DNA of 63,201 nucleotides, filler included, from Platydemus manokwari (lineage: Eukaryota): assembly GCA_037951405.1 (NCBI GenBank). It is 5 parts of 5 records of this genome, joined end to end, with 100 filler letters (N's around TTAATTAATTAA, not from the genome) between each part and the next. Parts side by side here need not be neighbours in the genome. Positions count along the whole stretch, not along the records: positions 1 to 18,324 come from JBBMOY010455555.1; 4 more parts are not named here. One strand, given 5' to 3'. A model generated the notes under the pieces. The model had not been told where the DNA came from and searched no databases. It worked only from the letters and a program-made list of their open reading frames with translations. Each line of letters begins with the position of its first letter. The first letter of the stretch is position 1. Both the position numbers and the translations under genes were made by a program. Of this stretch, positions 1-14,989 are shown piece after piece.

Positions 1-952
1 ATAAGCTCTAATAATATTTTCATCTGGTTTTTCGTCTTTAAATTGGAATATATCATCACCAATAAAAGTTTTAATTTCTATTTTTGCATTTTTAAAATAC
101 TATTTTAAGGTTCTATTATTGAATGTTACTAATTTTAGATCTTTAATAAGTTGATTTATTTATAGATTTAATGTAATCTATTTTTAGATTTCTTTGATAA
201 TGGATTCTGTCAAGAATCAAGATACTTTATCGATTATTTGTTTTTCATCTTAAATAATATTTCGATTGAATCTATTTTCGTGTACAAATTAATTTTATTC
301 AAATTAAGATAAAAGAAATGGGAAATAAATAAAGAGGTTGTATTTTGTCATGCAGTACTTGGGTTGAAAACCAAAATTGTTAGATAAAAATTAAAATATT
401 AAATGAATACCACTACAGGTTAGAAGATAAAAGTCAATAGAAGGTTTTTACTCAATTCTGTGGAATGAGAATGTCAACAATTATCGATACTGTTCAAATA
501 GATTGTTTTTCTTATTTCCTCAACCCATAGCCAGTCTTGTGTGTTGAAAATGTTATCATTATTTGCTTATGTTAGCGATTGCATCAATTATTTTTCCATC
601 AAGGATTTTTGGAAAATATTTGATATGCTATTTTTCAAAATTTTGTGTTTGTGTTCATTTTTTTCGGAACTTATGAACTGTTGTTGTATTTGATCTCATT
701 GAATTGAAAAATAATCAATAAATTGGATTAGATTTTTTCTGGATGGAATTTAATGTTGTATTGGCGTGTAAGAAACTCTACGCGTTAGCAACATTTGGTT
801 TACTAATGAACTTCTGTGCCAACTATATCCTTTATTCATCCAATCTTTATATGATATAATGATTTTAGCAATTAATTGTTATCGGGCGTCAATGTAATTA
901 TTTTAAAATTTATGAATTTTATAAGCATAATTTTTTGTTTTATTTTATACAG

Positions 953-3900
953 AGCGCAGCCAAACAAAATAGTAAAACAGCATTTTCAAAATTTATCGAT
1001 TCTTCAAATTTGAGTTCGCGTTACTGCAATATACGAGGCCAATTGGAATTTGTTTTCGATTCCGAACCGATTCCACTTGAAGAAGTTGAACCTGCCAAAG
1101 AAATTGTTAAGAGATTCTGCACAGGTAAATGGTTTTTTTATAACAGTAATTATAGAATTATTTTTACGATTCTAAATCGATTGATGCCCATACTCTCTCT
1201 TAAATTTTCAGCAATTTTCTGGGAATGTTTTTAATTATTTTCGATTTATATTGATAATTATTTTCTTATTATTTTATGATTAGTCGCTATTTCGGGGAAT
1301 CATTTTCAGTTACCTGTCTTTGGTTCATAGAAATGTGTAACTAAACTAATGCCAGAAAGGATATAGTCATTCATGCCATTGTCGAACATCGTCCTGATAC
1401 ACCCACACATTTGTTATGAGATCGCATAGTTAAATTTGTCGGTATTTCGTAAAAAAAATTAAAGTAAAAGTTAAGAATTTAAATATTTTTCAACATATTT
1501 GCAAGTGTTATTCATATTTAATTTTAAGAATAAAATAAGTATTATATAGTTCTCCGCTGAACTCAACGCTTGTAAAAATTTTTAATAAACCTTTGAGTAC
1601 ACGATTGATAAACGAATAACTCGAGGGTTGAAACCATTTCGTCACAGAATCGCTTAGCTGATTTTTGAATTTTTGTGTCTATTAATGTATTAGATTTGAT
1701 TAATGAAATCAATGAATTGCAACTCAAATTCGTCCTTTTGAGAGATTTTTTAGACCAACATAATTGAACCTTTGTTAGACGATCTTCTAGCATTTAACCA
1801 AATGTGTTTGTTTGATAAGATAATTTACAGCGATTTGATATACTGATCTAAGTTACAATTAACCTCGACATTCTAAAATTACAGCTATTCATTTAAATCT
1901 GAGCTGTCGTGGCTATCTTTTTGGAAATTCTGTCATTATATTATAATTATTTCTCGAGTTTTGAGATGGCTTTTAAATTCAACTTTAAAAAATTTTAAGC
2001 ATTATCAAAATTTTTCTGTTGATTATTTATATTGATTGTATTTCTAAGGTGCCATGAGTTTCGGAAGCATCTCCTATGAGGCTCACACAACATTGGCTAT
2101 TGCAATGAATAATATCGGTGCGAAATCAAATACTGGCGAAGGTGGAGAATTAGCAGAACGATTTTTGAATACTGATCCTGAGACCAATAGTCGATCGGCG
2201 ATTAAACAAGTTGCATCAGCTAGATTCGGTGTTACAAGCGCTTATTTAGCACACGCTGATGAATTGCAAATCAAAATGGCACAAGGAGCCAAACCTGGAG
2301 AAGGAGGAGAATTGCCGGGTCACAAAGTTACTAAAGGCATAGCTGAAACTAGAAATGCTATACCTGGAGTCGGACTTATTAGCCCTCCTCCGCATCATGA
2401 TATTTATTCCATTGAAGATTTGGCTCAGGTTATTTTTAAAAAATTCTAGTTCGCTTTGGATTAGGAATTATTTTTTATTTATTACCGACAAATATAGGTG
2501 ATAGTTTTTATCAAAAATTATTATTATCGATTCTTTTTCACATGAATTTATCATCCATGTATGATTTTGTATATTCTCTAAATAAGGCAATTATTTAGGA
2601 AAAAAGATTTTTAATAAGTTATCAATATTAATCTGTCTGATGCGATTTCTAGTCAAATGTTATCGATGATTTCGTCGAGCATTTATTTTATTATTAATTT
2701 TTGGTTCTTGAATAAGCTTCGGTAATTACAATCCTATGGCTTACTAAAAGTCTACAATTATATTAATTATGGGATGTAATTATAATTACAAAATAAATAT
2801 ATATTTTCTAAATGGTAACTAGTTAAATATTAAGATTCACACGTCACTACGTATGCCTAAACCTGTCTCTCCAAATAGGTAACAAGAATAATGAGTTTAT
2901 ATTATTCCACTGGCGATTTTATATATAAATAATTACAGTTGATCTATGATCTTAAATCAGCCAATCCTTCAGCTCGAATTAGTGTGAAACTTGTATCAGA
3001 AGTAGGTATAGGAGTTGTAGCATCGGGTGTTGTAAAAGTAGGATACTGCTGAGTTTTGAAAATAAATAAAATGATTGACTTCATTAAAGGGTAAGGCAGA
3101 ACATATTACAGTATCTGGTCATGATGGTGGAACTGGTGCCAGTAGTTGGACTGGTATTAAACATGCTGGATTACCCTGGGAATTAGGTATTGCAGAAACC
3201 CATCAAACATTGGTACTAAACGATTTGAGATCGAGAGTTGTTTTACAAGCTGATGGTCAAATTCGAACAGGTTTGTTGTTGAGAAATTGCCTTGGGAAAA
3301 AATTGATAATTCATATGATAATCTGTAAGGCCGTGATGTTGTCATTGCTGCATTGTTGGGTGCAGATGAATTCGGTATGTCCACGGCACCATTAATCGTG
3401 TTGGGTTGCACAATGATGAGAAAATGCCATCTCAATACGTGTCCTGTTGGTGTTGCAACACAAGATCCAGAATTACGAAAGAAATTCGAAGGAAAGCCAG
3501 AACATTTGATAAATTATTTATTCCTTTTGGCAGAAGATGTTCGAGAGATTATTGCTAAATTAGGATTTCGAACTCTCTCGGAAATTGTTGGACGTAGTGA
3601 TAAATTGAAGGTAAATGCGTTTGAAATGTCTGAATGTCATTCTTGATAATAGTAATAATATTATAAATATTAATAATTATTATCGATATATCAAAATTAT
3701 TCATTAAAGATTGTAAGATTGGTCAAAGATTGGATAATTACATCATATTTGTTGACATGGAAATATTTATAAACATTTACAGATACTTACAAATATAAAT
3801 AATATATTTCATGTAATTTGCGATTATTATCAGATATCGGGAGTAAAGAATTTGTAAAAGTAAAAATTTTGTAATTAGACACCATTTCGATGTGTTATTG

Positions 3901-6900
3901 TGGGATTGTTTTCGAGATATTCCAATTATTTCATTCGAGATTTTTCTAATCCGGTCTTCAATTATCAAATTTCATTTGTTTTTCAGAATTTATATAAGGA
4001 GTATCAAATGTTTTGTGGTTAATTAAGGATATAAATAAATGCTATCATTTATATATTTTCAAAATTATATTCTTATCACATGATTGTGACTTCACTTGAG
4101 CTTTAGTGATTGATTTTTATTTATTATAATTGTATAAAAATGAGATTTGTTTAAATATTCAAAAAAACCCCGTGTGATTTTTAAAACAATAAATTTCGAT
4201 GGAAACTAATGATTCGGTGTTTTATTTTACTTTTAAAACTCTAATTTATTATTTACAATGGTTTTGGATATCATTATTATTATCATTATCAGTTGTATTA
4301 TAATAATATATTATCAAGTTGGAATCAATATTGAGTTGGAATATGATCATATTTGTAAATTTAAGAAAGTAAACATGTAGATTTTAGAATTAGAAGCTTG
4401 ATTTGTTTGATAAATTGGATTTGATCACATTTAGAAATAAGTGGCTTATATAGAGGTAATTTATTAAAATTATGTGATGGAATTGATTGTAGACTGGTAT
4501 CAGGAAATTTCAGTATAAATCAATTCATTTAAATCATGACTGTTAAACTCTCACTTCGGAGGTTATTTAGATAGAGAAGTTAGAGTTCAAAAATTTTCTT
4601 TGATGTTTGACGGATATAAATTGCACGGTCGACGGATTTTTTTCCCTTTATTATTTCTATTAAAATTTATTTTCAAATAGACTTCCTTTATTTTTCAATA
4701 TTTTTCATTCATAGATTTCTTAACCGATTTTTAACGTTTGAATTACGGTAAAGGTTGTGACTTCAAACTATACCATTGGTAACATCTCATGTGATATAAA
4801 TTAATCATATGGTAGAATTTGAAAATAAAAATCGCATTTAAAAATCTTATATTGAAAATATAAATAAATTCAACAATTAAAATTTATATTTTATTGGAAA
4901 TTTCATTTACGAGCTGAAAATTAATTTTTTATTGTTAACTAGACAGTTAGGAGAGAATTAAATTTTTTTTATTATATTTTTATTTCTATTATTTGTTTTA
5001 ATTATTAATTTATTATTTATAATTAAATAATTTTTTATTTAAAATTATTTAATAAATAATTACTTCGGCTACTTGGATTTGATTAATGTTTTTATCTTAT
5101 TATAAATATTATTATTTAATTAATTAATAAATAATAATAATTAGTATTATAAAATCTTTGAGATTATATTTTTTTTGTTGGTTTGAAATAAATATATGAT
5201 ATTATTATGGTTATCAACTGATCAATAATAATTATAAATATTAATATTGATTGATCGATATGACATTTAGCCAACTACCGATTATATTAATCACAAAGCA
5301 TCATTATTGGATTTCACAAAACTCCTTACAAATCCATCAACAACTCATCCACATGTCGATGTCCGTGGAGGTTTTCTACAGCAAGATTTCAATCTAGATA
5401 ACAGAATAGATTTTGGAATCATAGAAGAAGCTGCCCCGGTGTTGGTAGGTGATCAGAAAAGCATAGTAATCTGTCGAGAAGTTACCAATGACGATCGAGC
5501 TTTTGGTTCAACATTGAGTTATGTTATAACGAAGCAGTCGGGTCAGAATCAAGTTCCAGATGGGAAAACGATACATGTTTGTTTAATTATAATATATCAT
5601 CCTAATATTTAAATATTGATGTATGAAAAAAAGAATTTATTCTTAAATTTTAATCAATAATACAGATAAATACAATTGGAAATGGTGGACAAAGTTTTTG
5701 TGCATTCTTGATAGAAGGCATTTCAGTCTTCCTAGAAGGTGACGCCAATGATTATGTTGCCAAAGGCTTAAGTGGCGGTGAAGTGGTGGTTGTCCCACCG
5801 AAAAATTCTCATCCTAATTTTAAATCGGAAGACAATATTATTGTCGGCAATGTTTGTCTTTATGGCGCTATAAAAGGAAAAGTGTTTTTCCGAGGAAAAG
5901 CCGCTGAACGATTTTGTGTCCGAAATTCTGGTGCTACTGCTGTAGTAGAAGGTTTGTAATTATCCAATTATGTGTGTTATTCTCTAACTATCTAAGTCAT
6001 CATGTACACAATCAACTCGACTAATTGACAACAGAAATGACTGAGTGTATGTGCATCGCTGAGTGATGTGTGTGAGAATTTATATTTTTCTATATTAATT
6101 TTTAGAAATTTGAAAAATTAACAGTTATTATTAAATAATGTTCTATAGAAATTATTCTTGCTTGATCGAGCTCAAATGAGTTTTCTTTTTATCGCAATAA
6201 ATGTCTTTTTGTAATATATTTGTCTGGAAAAATACTTAAAGCTATCTTTTGTGTCATAATTTCGATACAGAGGCCAGAATTGTCGTAGAAGAAAAATGAT
6301 CGGTTTGCAGTAACATTTCTCTAAAATTTATCAAGACCAATTGGGATTTCGATAAATTGTATCGATTTTTGTCTAATTTTATTAAGAATTGTGTCTGGTT
6401 TGTTTATTTTTATTTTTGACTTCTCTCAACAGAAAATTTTAGTTATTGATACTGAAAAAAATTGTCGTGCAAAGGAAGAAATATTATTTGAATAAATTAT
6501 TTATTTTTGGTTTTAAATAATTAACATTTATCCACCTTTAGCTAGTGTACCATAAGTGATTATCAAAATGTTTAAATAAAAAAATATTATAATTATAATA
6601 AGATTCAATAATCGGCCAATTGCGACTTTTTAAATCGGTTTGTTGTTTTGTATTTTATTGTTTTTCAACATCAGACAAGCGGGTTGCAAGTTGAAATTTA
6701 AAGGAATTTATGATTACAGTGGTTAGAATTTTGAGAAATATTCTCAATTATATTTTCATAATTTAAATGTGCTTCATCGAATGTTGTGGTGAATGAAGTA
6801 GTCATTGCTGAAACTCAATCTATATAAGCAAAGCGGTATATTATCTTTATTTATTATTCTAAGTCGAAAACTCTAAGAATGTGGAATTCATTAGTTATCA

Positions 6901-9900
6901 TTTTCGCAAAATTTTGATTTTATAATAATGTCTATTTTCAGAGCTAGTATGGATATATTTTTGTTTGGCTCAGTATCTGTGTTTTTCTATGAGATGCCTA
7001 TAATTTTTACCAGTACTGAGAGATGGACTAAAATTGTGTAACTTCGATAGTTTTCTTTTTGAAAACTGTTTCAAACTTCGACACAAATTTTTAACTAAAC
7101 GAATCAGACTCAGAGCTTACAAAATAATAATAATAATATAAATTAGAATAATTTTATGAAATTACTAATACTTCAGATTTTTTTAAAACTTGTTTTAGCG
7201 ATAATTTATTAAAATCGACTATTTGTAAAGAAATGATGCAATTAAAACGAGTTTGCAATTTTTAACTGAAATTAGAGTTACTTTAAATGTAAGACATGTT
7301 TTTAAATATATTGCAATGTTAATCCTTAAAATAATTCCTAACGGCATTATTGAAATTTAAATATTTCGATAAATTTAATTGATAAATATATCTCGACAAC
7401 TTGATTATATAACTTCGAAAATTATTTAAATTTAAAAAAATTAATATTAAGTCGTAATATTTTTTAATTTATGAGGTTCATACTCCAAATTTAATAAGTT
7501 TTTGAATAAATAGATAATTTCCTTTAATAAAACCTTTTTGTTGGTGTTTTCAGTCGCAGTTGAAATAAGTTTTACATCACATTATTACTGTTTTTTTTAA
7601 TATAAATTTTAAGTTTTTACTTTAGTATAATAAGAATTACATTCTTTTTAATGAATTTCCAGGTCTAGGTGATCATGGTTGCGAATATATGACTGGAGGA
7701 AGAGTGATTGTTCTAGGAAAAACCGGTAGAAACTTTGCTGCAGGCATGTCTGGAGGCATTGCATATGTATATGACACAAAGAATGAATTCCCTGAAAGAT
7801 GTAATTTGGATATGGTCGATCTAGAGTCTGTGAAATCTGACAGTATTGATGATGAATTTATTCAGACCACACTAAAGGAATTCTGCGAAAAGACTAATTC
7901 TGAGGTTTGATTTTGATTTTGTTATCACTCATGCATGAGACGTAAGTATTCGTTGTAATCAAGGCTGTGGAATTTGAAACGACAGTCATTCACCAAATCC
8001 GAGATACATAACATGAATAGAAATTTATTTGGAGATGAAAAACCCAAAATAATGCTATTCTGAAATGCTATTCAAATAATTGTTCAAATATTTTAAAATT
8101 ATTTTTATCGAGTAAAGTTGAATTTAAATTTTTATTAAGATTGCTGAAAGGATTCTGGAAAATTGGACGGAAAGTAGACAGTGTTTTGTTAAAGTATTTC
8201 CTAAAGAATATCGAAAGGTTCTAAAAGAAGCGAAATTGGTGTCAACAACTGATGAAAATTTGATTCAAGTATTCATCATAATTTTTTCTTGGAGTTTTCA
8301 ATTTTCGTTTTCTATATTAGAATGAAAATAATGTTAACGATCTTGTTGATATTGAGGATATTGGATCAAATAAAAATCTTGATAAATTGAGAGGTTTCAT
8401 GAAATATGATAGGAATAAACAACCATATAGAAAATCTGAAGAACGACTCAATGATTGGGGTGAAATCTATGCACATAAAGCTGTAAGGAAAGGTCTTCGA
8501 CGTCAGGCTGCTCGATGTATGGACTGCGGAGTGCCGTTTTGCCAGTCTCACCATGGATGTCCATTAGGAAATATTATCCCTAAATGGAATGATTTAGTGT
8601 TTAAAGTAAGATAATTATTTTAATTAGATTGAATAATTTATTATCTATTAACATATTGGCAACTCTTGGTTATTATGTGAGTCTTGCAATCCAAAAAGAA
8701 GACCAATTGTCTCATTAAATTGTTCTGTCAATCAATATATTGTACATTTGGTACAAAGCTTTACATTAAAGTATTATATACATGTGTGCGTATCTGTGTA
8801 TCACAACCAACCTCCCAAAATTATCAGCGAAAATTCATTGAATCTTTAATCAATGAATTCTACTAAATTTCAAATTCAAATTATTTTGATTTAATTATTG
8901 CCTGATTAGTGTTTGACTATTCAATTTCAATCATATCACGATGTCACATGACTAAAGAGCTCGAATTTATTGTCAATAATTTTTTTAAAAAACAGGTAGT
9001 AAACTGTTTACACCTGGCCAGAATTTTGGAAGATTTTTATGGCATATAAATAGACCGCAAGCCCATATTTTCTTTAATTGAGAGATTTGAATCACCTGGG
9101 AATGTTGATGAAAAGGTACACAATATACATCGTGGTGATAATTACAACAATGAAGATGGTGTAGTCGCCAGTAATGTTAATGAAGTCTGTCATATTTTCC
9201 AAAATTGCTGAGAAGAGAATTCGTCTTTGTATTATTGAAAATGGTGGAAAATTTGAAAAAAATGTATGTATTTAAATACTTTAAATAAATTTGATTGAAG
9301 AAAAACAGGCCATTAAACAATTTCGATTACGCTGATTTAAAAATTTTCCTTTAGATTTTATAATTTGTCATCTTTATTAACACGTTGACTGACACTTGCG
9401 TCTTTAACCGCCCATTTCGAAATTCATTTGTTCCTACTATCCGTCAATGTGTTAAACATGTGTGCTGAAATCAAGAAAATTTATCATTTTTTATATTTAT
9501 GAAAAAAGATCAAATTTTACATTTAAGAATTAATTGAAAAAGAAATAAAATATCTACGTGATCAATTTATAGATCGATAAGTGACGTGCTGTCGTTATTT
9601 GGTTATACACCAATGCTTTGATTTGTAGACGGTATTATCTATTATTTATATCTGTAAATATATGCACAGAAATTTCAATTTCAAACCATCCAAATAAACT
9701 GAATATACGATTACCATTTATTAAATTATCTAAACTAATATAAAATATAATATGGTTTATTTATGAAATTTTCGAACAGAATATTTATTTACTATAATAT
9801 ATAAAATTAGCTGGATTTTTTAAAATAATTTTTGATAATAAAATAAACAAAATGTGTACGATGTTTCATATTATTATTTTTCTTAAAATAACTGTTATTA

Positions 9901-12900
9901 TCAATAGTAATAATATTATTATAAAGGCTTGTTTTTAATTAGCCGCTGATGGGAAATCAACAAAAACTCTGGTGACTAGCAGAGAGCCTGTAGTTAACTG
10001 GTGAGGGTGGTAGCTTAGTAAGTTGTCCGAAAAATTACCATAACAGTCAACATCCCACTAACTTGTTTCAAAAATAATAATGATTATATTAAAATATAAA
10101 TTATGCGTCTAAATGTAAATTTCGCCTATGTGAATTTCTTTTGAAAATTGTATACAAATTATTATTATTAAAGAATTATTTTATTGTCATAAAAAAATAA
10201 AAAGTAATTCTATAATTAGGATAATTGGAAAGAAGCATTGACCCAATTGTTGCAGACAAATAATTTTCCAGAGTTCACCGGTCGATGTTGCCCTGCACCA
10301 TGTGAAGGTGCTTGTGTGTTGGGAATCAATGAACTTCCAGTCACAATAAAAAATATTGAATGCGCCATTATTGATAGAGGATTTGAAGAAGGGTGGATGA
10401 TTCCGAGTCCACCAAAAGTAAGAACTGGTAAACAAATTGTCGTTGTTGGAAGTGGCCCATCAGGTCTGGCTGCAGCGGCGCAACTGAATAAGGTAAGAAT
10501 TCAGAAATATATTCTCAAATAAATAGCAGCAAATCACAATATCCTATTCATCTGACAATTTTATTAGTGCAAATTATATAAAACCAATTCATTTTTTTAT
10601 ATTCTGCAATCTATTTTCAATCAACGAAACCCGAATAATATCACTTCATTCAAACCTCGAAAATGGTTATATTTATCGAGTTTAGTAAAACAAAATTGAT
10701 AAATAGTTAAAAAATAAGAAATATTAGATTCACACGCAACTAGGTGTGGTTTGTTTCAACAGCTATAATTAGTGCAAATTTAACAGAGGTTTACTGAAAT
10801 AATATTAAAAAATTTCTAAAATGATGTTTTTAAATAATTTCATAATGATATCAAGTGGAATAAATTATTAAAAAATCTATAGTAAATGATAAATGAATTT
10901 TCAAATTAACAATGTGATATAAAACAAAATTCGACTGGTATCATTATGACATTAAAGAAACGATGATTATAATATTCTATCACGATATCTTCAGATCGAA
11001 ATCGCACACACACAAGTTAATGTGAAGCAATGATCTTAAAACATCTCTCACTAATTTCAAAATATTATTATAATCTAATAAAACCATTCAGATGGAATTC
11101 CAAATGACAATGAATTGATGAAATTATTTGATGATATTTTTTTCCATTTATCATCCAAATATTTTATCATATCAAATATTTCTGAAAAATATGAATACTA
11201 AATTGATTTATTATTCTACTATTGGTAATCGGATTCATAATTTTCATATTTTGTTTTTATTCAAATTTATTATTTTAATATTGAAATGACGCGCGCTCGA
11301 TGTAAATAATATATTCTCGTTGATAAAATTAAACAAATTAATTGACCTTGTCAAAGTGCCAAAATATTGGCACACAAATTCTCTTCAAAGTCTGCATTGA
11401 TGAATTTTATATGATTGATATATTTGAAGTAAGTCACTTGAGATTTAGCATTCTTGAAGATCGTGAAAAAATCGTAGTTTACTTCACGTTGAATTTGTTT
11501 ATTTGTAAAATTTATTAACAATAATTTTCTTAATATGCCATGATTACAAATCATTATCTTTTGAGAAGCACAGATAATTTACATTCGGAGTTAAGAAAGA
11601 GAGAATCAATTATTTATTACATATTGTGTAATAAATTTTTGTTTTTAAGTTTTATGTAATCTCGATATGTACATTGGACTATAATTTATTTATTTACTTT
11701 TCTTTATATGATTTATTTGATTTTACTGATTAAACCACTGACAATTCCAATATATATTCCATCAATAAGGCGATTATATAGTTCAGTCGAATAGATCTTC
11801 AAATCTATCATTTCATAATTCACGTGCTGTCGTATTTTATTGCTTTTTCTTACCACTTGGCTGTGAGAACATGCTGTGGTTGATTTTAGGTTCAATATTT
11901 GAAATGTGGTCGATATTTTGATAAAATTATTTGTTATTTTCAACTCGAAAAGTGCATTTCTAGATCACGAGTTTTCAATCATTTTGTGATGTTAATTGAT
12001 AACGATTATCTTAACTTACCATATTATTTTATCGTTTGAATTATCAGAACTTATGATGATATAAAGTAATAAATATCTTATGCTAAGACCAAAATAAAGA
12101 CGAAACAATTTGGAATGTAATCTATTTCAGAATGATATGCTATTTATACAAATCACGAGCCTAATGTCATTAAATCACAAGCTATCACGCATTGGCCTTT
12201 AGACGTTTCAATGTTGTAAATGAGCATGAGTTATTAATGGTATTAATGATATTATATTATTTACCTTATAATACGTGTTCATGTCATGGACGACTTTGAT
12301 ATTAATTAAAGTATTTGGAAATTTACTCTCGTAACTTAAAGTTCTTATAGATTTTGTTTTGATTTGATTTGAATATCAATATTTTGGTTTTTGAGATTTC
12401 ACATTGTTTTCAATCTAAAACAAAACTTGAATAAAAGAAATTAAATTAAGAAAACCACTCAGACCCTGGGTTAAGTACTCGTAGATCGACTTCAATGTAA
12501 TTCTTAAATTTAATTTTTGTGATGGACATTCCATTTTATTATAAATTGATTTATAAAATGATTTACGTTTTAATTTTGATGTAACTTTGAATATACAAAT
12601 TCTTATTAAAAAAAAATTAAGCAATACGATATTTAAAGGCGGGACACTCTGTAATGGTTTTGGAACGGAACGACAGAATCGGTGGATTATTACAATATGG
12701 CATTCCAACGATGAAAATGAGCAAAGAAGTAGTTCAGAGAAGAATTGATTTTATGATCAAAGAAGGCATTCAATTTCGAACCGGTGTTAAGGTGGGCAGT
12801 AGCGAATATCCGGCGAATAAATTACTCGAAGATTTCGATGCTGCAGTTTTATGTTTAGGTGCAACGTGGCCCCGTGATATAAATATTCCTGGTTTGATTG

Positions 12901-14568
12901 TCATGGTTTCATTGGGAAATAAGATCGATTAAAAACTTTTTTTATTTCAACAGGTCGCGATTCACAAGGCATTCATTTTGCTATGAGCTTCTTGGAGAAA
13001 TGGCAACGACATCAACATGATGGATCTAATGAGGAGTATTTGAAAACATTGGCAAAAGATAAAGACGTTATCATTTTAGGAGGTGGTGATACCGGCGTCG
13101 ATTGCATTGCTACATCCCTGAGACAGGTAATGGAAGATGAACGAAAATGGATTTTTGTTTTCATTTGTTATATATTTGTTAAAAATACAATACAAACAAA
13201 TGAAACATTTTTTCCAGCCATCGGCATTTTTAGCTAAACTATTGCTATAAAAATTGTGCAGTGAAAATTAAAAAAATATCTACAATGTTTACTTTAATTG
13301 TAGAGATCGCATTAAATAAATAAATTCATTCCTAAAATAAATTTTGTTGTTTTTGTCATGCATACAATCTATGAAAATTCTATGCAGGCTTCACATTAAA
13401 TTAATTAATGAGTTGTGTTTGGTATGAATTTTGAATTATTTTATTATTTTTTTGAAACCGAAATTATTCAAGATTTTTAATCATTAAATTTCAATGCAAC
13501 TTTTCTCATTTTGTTTTATCGATCTTACTTCGAGACCATTCAATTCAACAAGCTTGCCCACAAAGATTATATTTTACAAATAACCTCTGAATAGGAAGCT
13601 CATTCAGATTTTATCCTAATTTTATCAAAATTATCTGATAATTTTAGGCCAATTTGTTGCCGGAATATTTTCGATGATTTTGTTATTGATTCAGTCAATA
13701 ATATATTGAAATAGATCCTAGAAATCTGATGGACGTGATTTTACTTTCAAAATAAACTTTATCTTCATAAGACAACTAATTATTTCGAAGATTTTTCTTT
13801 TGTTCTTCTTTATATAAAAAATAAGATCATTAAAATTTAACTAACTTCTTGTTTTTATGATAGGGAGCTCGTAGCGTCACAACTTTCGAAATTTTACCGA
13901 CTCCAGAAAAGACTCGTACATCTTATAATCCATGGCCAGAATGGCCTCGTGTCTGGCGAGTTGATTACGGTCATGAAGAGGTCATTCTAAAATGGGGTAA
14001 AGATCCTAGACATTTTAATATTACTAGCAAAGAATTTTTATCTGATGAAAATGGTCATGTGTCTGGAATTCGTACCGCTCAAGTAGAATGGACTCGTAAT
14101 CCACTTAATGAGCAGTGGTCCATGAAAGAAGTGCCTGGTTTGTTGAATCGACTTTATCGAATCGATTAAAATATTTTGAAATTTAGATTCGGAAAAAATA
14201 TTTAGTTGTAATTTGGTACTTCTTGCTATGGGATTTTTGGGCCCAGAAAAAGATATTATTGACCAATTAACACTTGATACTGATCCTCGAAGTAATATTA
14301 AAACTCCAACTGGTAAGTATCAAACAAGTATTCCGAAAATTTACGCTGCTGGAGGTTAGAGAAAAGTGATTTCAGTTTTATGCTAATTTTATATTCGTGC
14401 TATACAGATTGCAGGCGAGGCCAATCATTAGTCGTCCATGCCATTAACGAAGGTAGGCAAGCTGCTCGAGAAGTGGATAAAGATCTTATGAATCAAACGA
14501 GCTTAGCTGGACCTGGTGGTATTTTAGACATAGAACAATCAATATCAGTCGTTTCTGTAGTTGCTTGA
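953..14568 (+). CDS. GLT1: NADH-dependent glutamate synthase (GOGAT; fused GltB+GltD-type polypeptide), 3' portion, 16 exons; 5' end lies upstream of the window
   Basis: Exons by GT/AG and phase continuity: 953-1124, 2049-2428, 2939-3037, 3090-3270, 3330-3610, 5271-5576, 5666-5951, 7663-7904, 8140-8268, 8321-8605, 10220-10492, 12639-12891, 12954-13126, 13864-14137, 14187-14354, 14408-14568 (TGA). Motifs: [50 protein letters not shown], 3Fe-4[19 protein letters not shown] domain ([25 protein letters not shown]), beta-subunit CMDCGVPFC and [40 protein letters not shown]. Confidence 0.96.
9010..9340 (+). mobile_element. Decayed Tc1/mariner-superfamily transposase 3' fragment in a GOGAT intron
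   Basis: About 9213-9275 translates to [18 protein letters not shown], resembling the typical C-terminal 'R...CI..NGG.FE' motif of Tc1/mariner transposases; upstream sequence is broken by stops and frameshifts. Boundaries approximate. Confidence 0.55.
9381..9451. mobile_element. 71-bp piggyBac-type MITE with TTAA target-site duplication
   Basis: TTAA|CACGTTGACTGA...TCCGTCAATGTG|TTAA; terminal inverted repeats match at 10/12 positions and TTAA flanks both ends (9377-9380, 9452-9455). Confidence 0.6.
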
Positions 14569-14733
14569 CATCTTCTATTGTTGAATACAATAATTGATAT
14601 TTTATGAATCCCCTGTTGCGTAATAAGTCGTCCTTATCGTTTACATGAAATGTGTTACTTTGGTGTTGTTCTACTCTGATAGAGTCTTTACTGGGATTTC
14701 AGTTAATTGATTTATTGGTTTTAGATTTGTTTT

Positions 14734-14739
14734 AATAAA
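14734..14739 (+). promoter_or_regulatory. Candidate polyadenylation signal of the glutamate synthase gene
   Basis: First AATAAA I see after the stop codon (about 165 nt downstream); a weak signal in such AT-rich DNA. Confidence 0.4.
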
Positions 14740-14989
14740 TTAAAGTTTGGGAATAGTAACATTCCTAGAGTTATTGCTAATTTCTTTATACTGGTTGATT
14801 ATTATTTTCAAAATTTATAAAATTACAAGCACATAAATTTATTTACAGCGGAATAAAAAGAATCTTTGTAGAAAAAAGTAAATACGTTAAGCTATAGCAA
14901 CCAAAGGCATAATAGGACGATAGGTGATCAAAAATTCCTACAGACGAGCATATTAATTCAGATTCAAGTTCAAGCCAGCCAAATGTATA

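Noticed and set aside
3157-12708. Minus-strand ORFs overlapping GOGAT exons (3157-3435, 8366-8554, 10187-10435, 12415-12708), and similar antisense ORFs over NEK exons
   Set aside because: Shadows of real coding sequence on the opposite strand; no motifs of their own.
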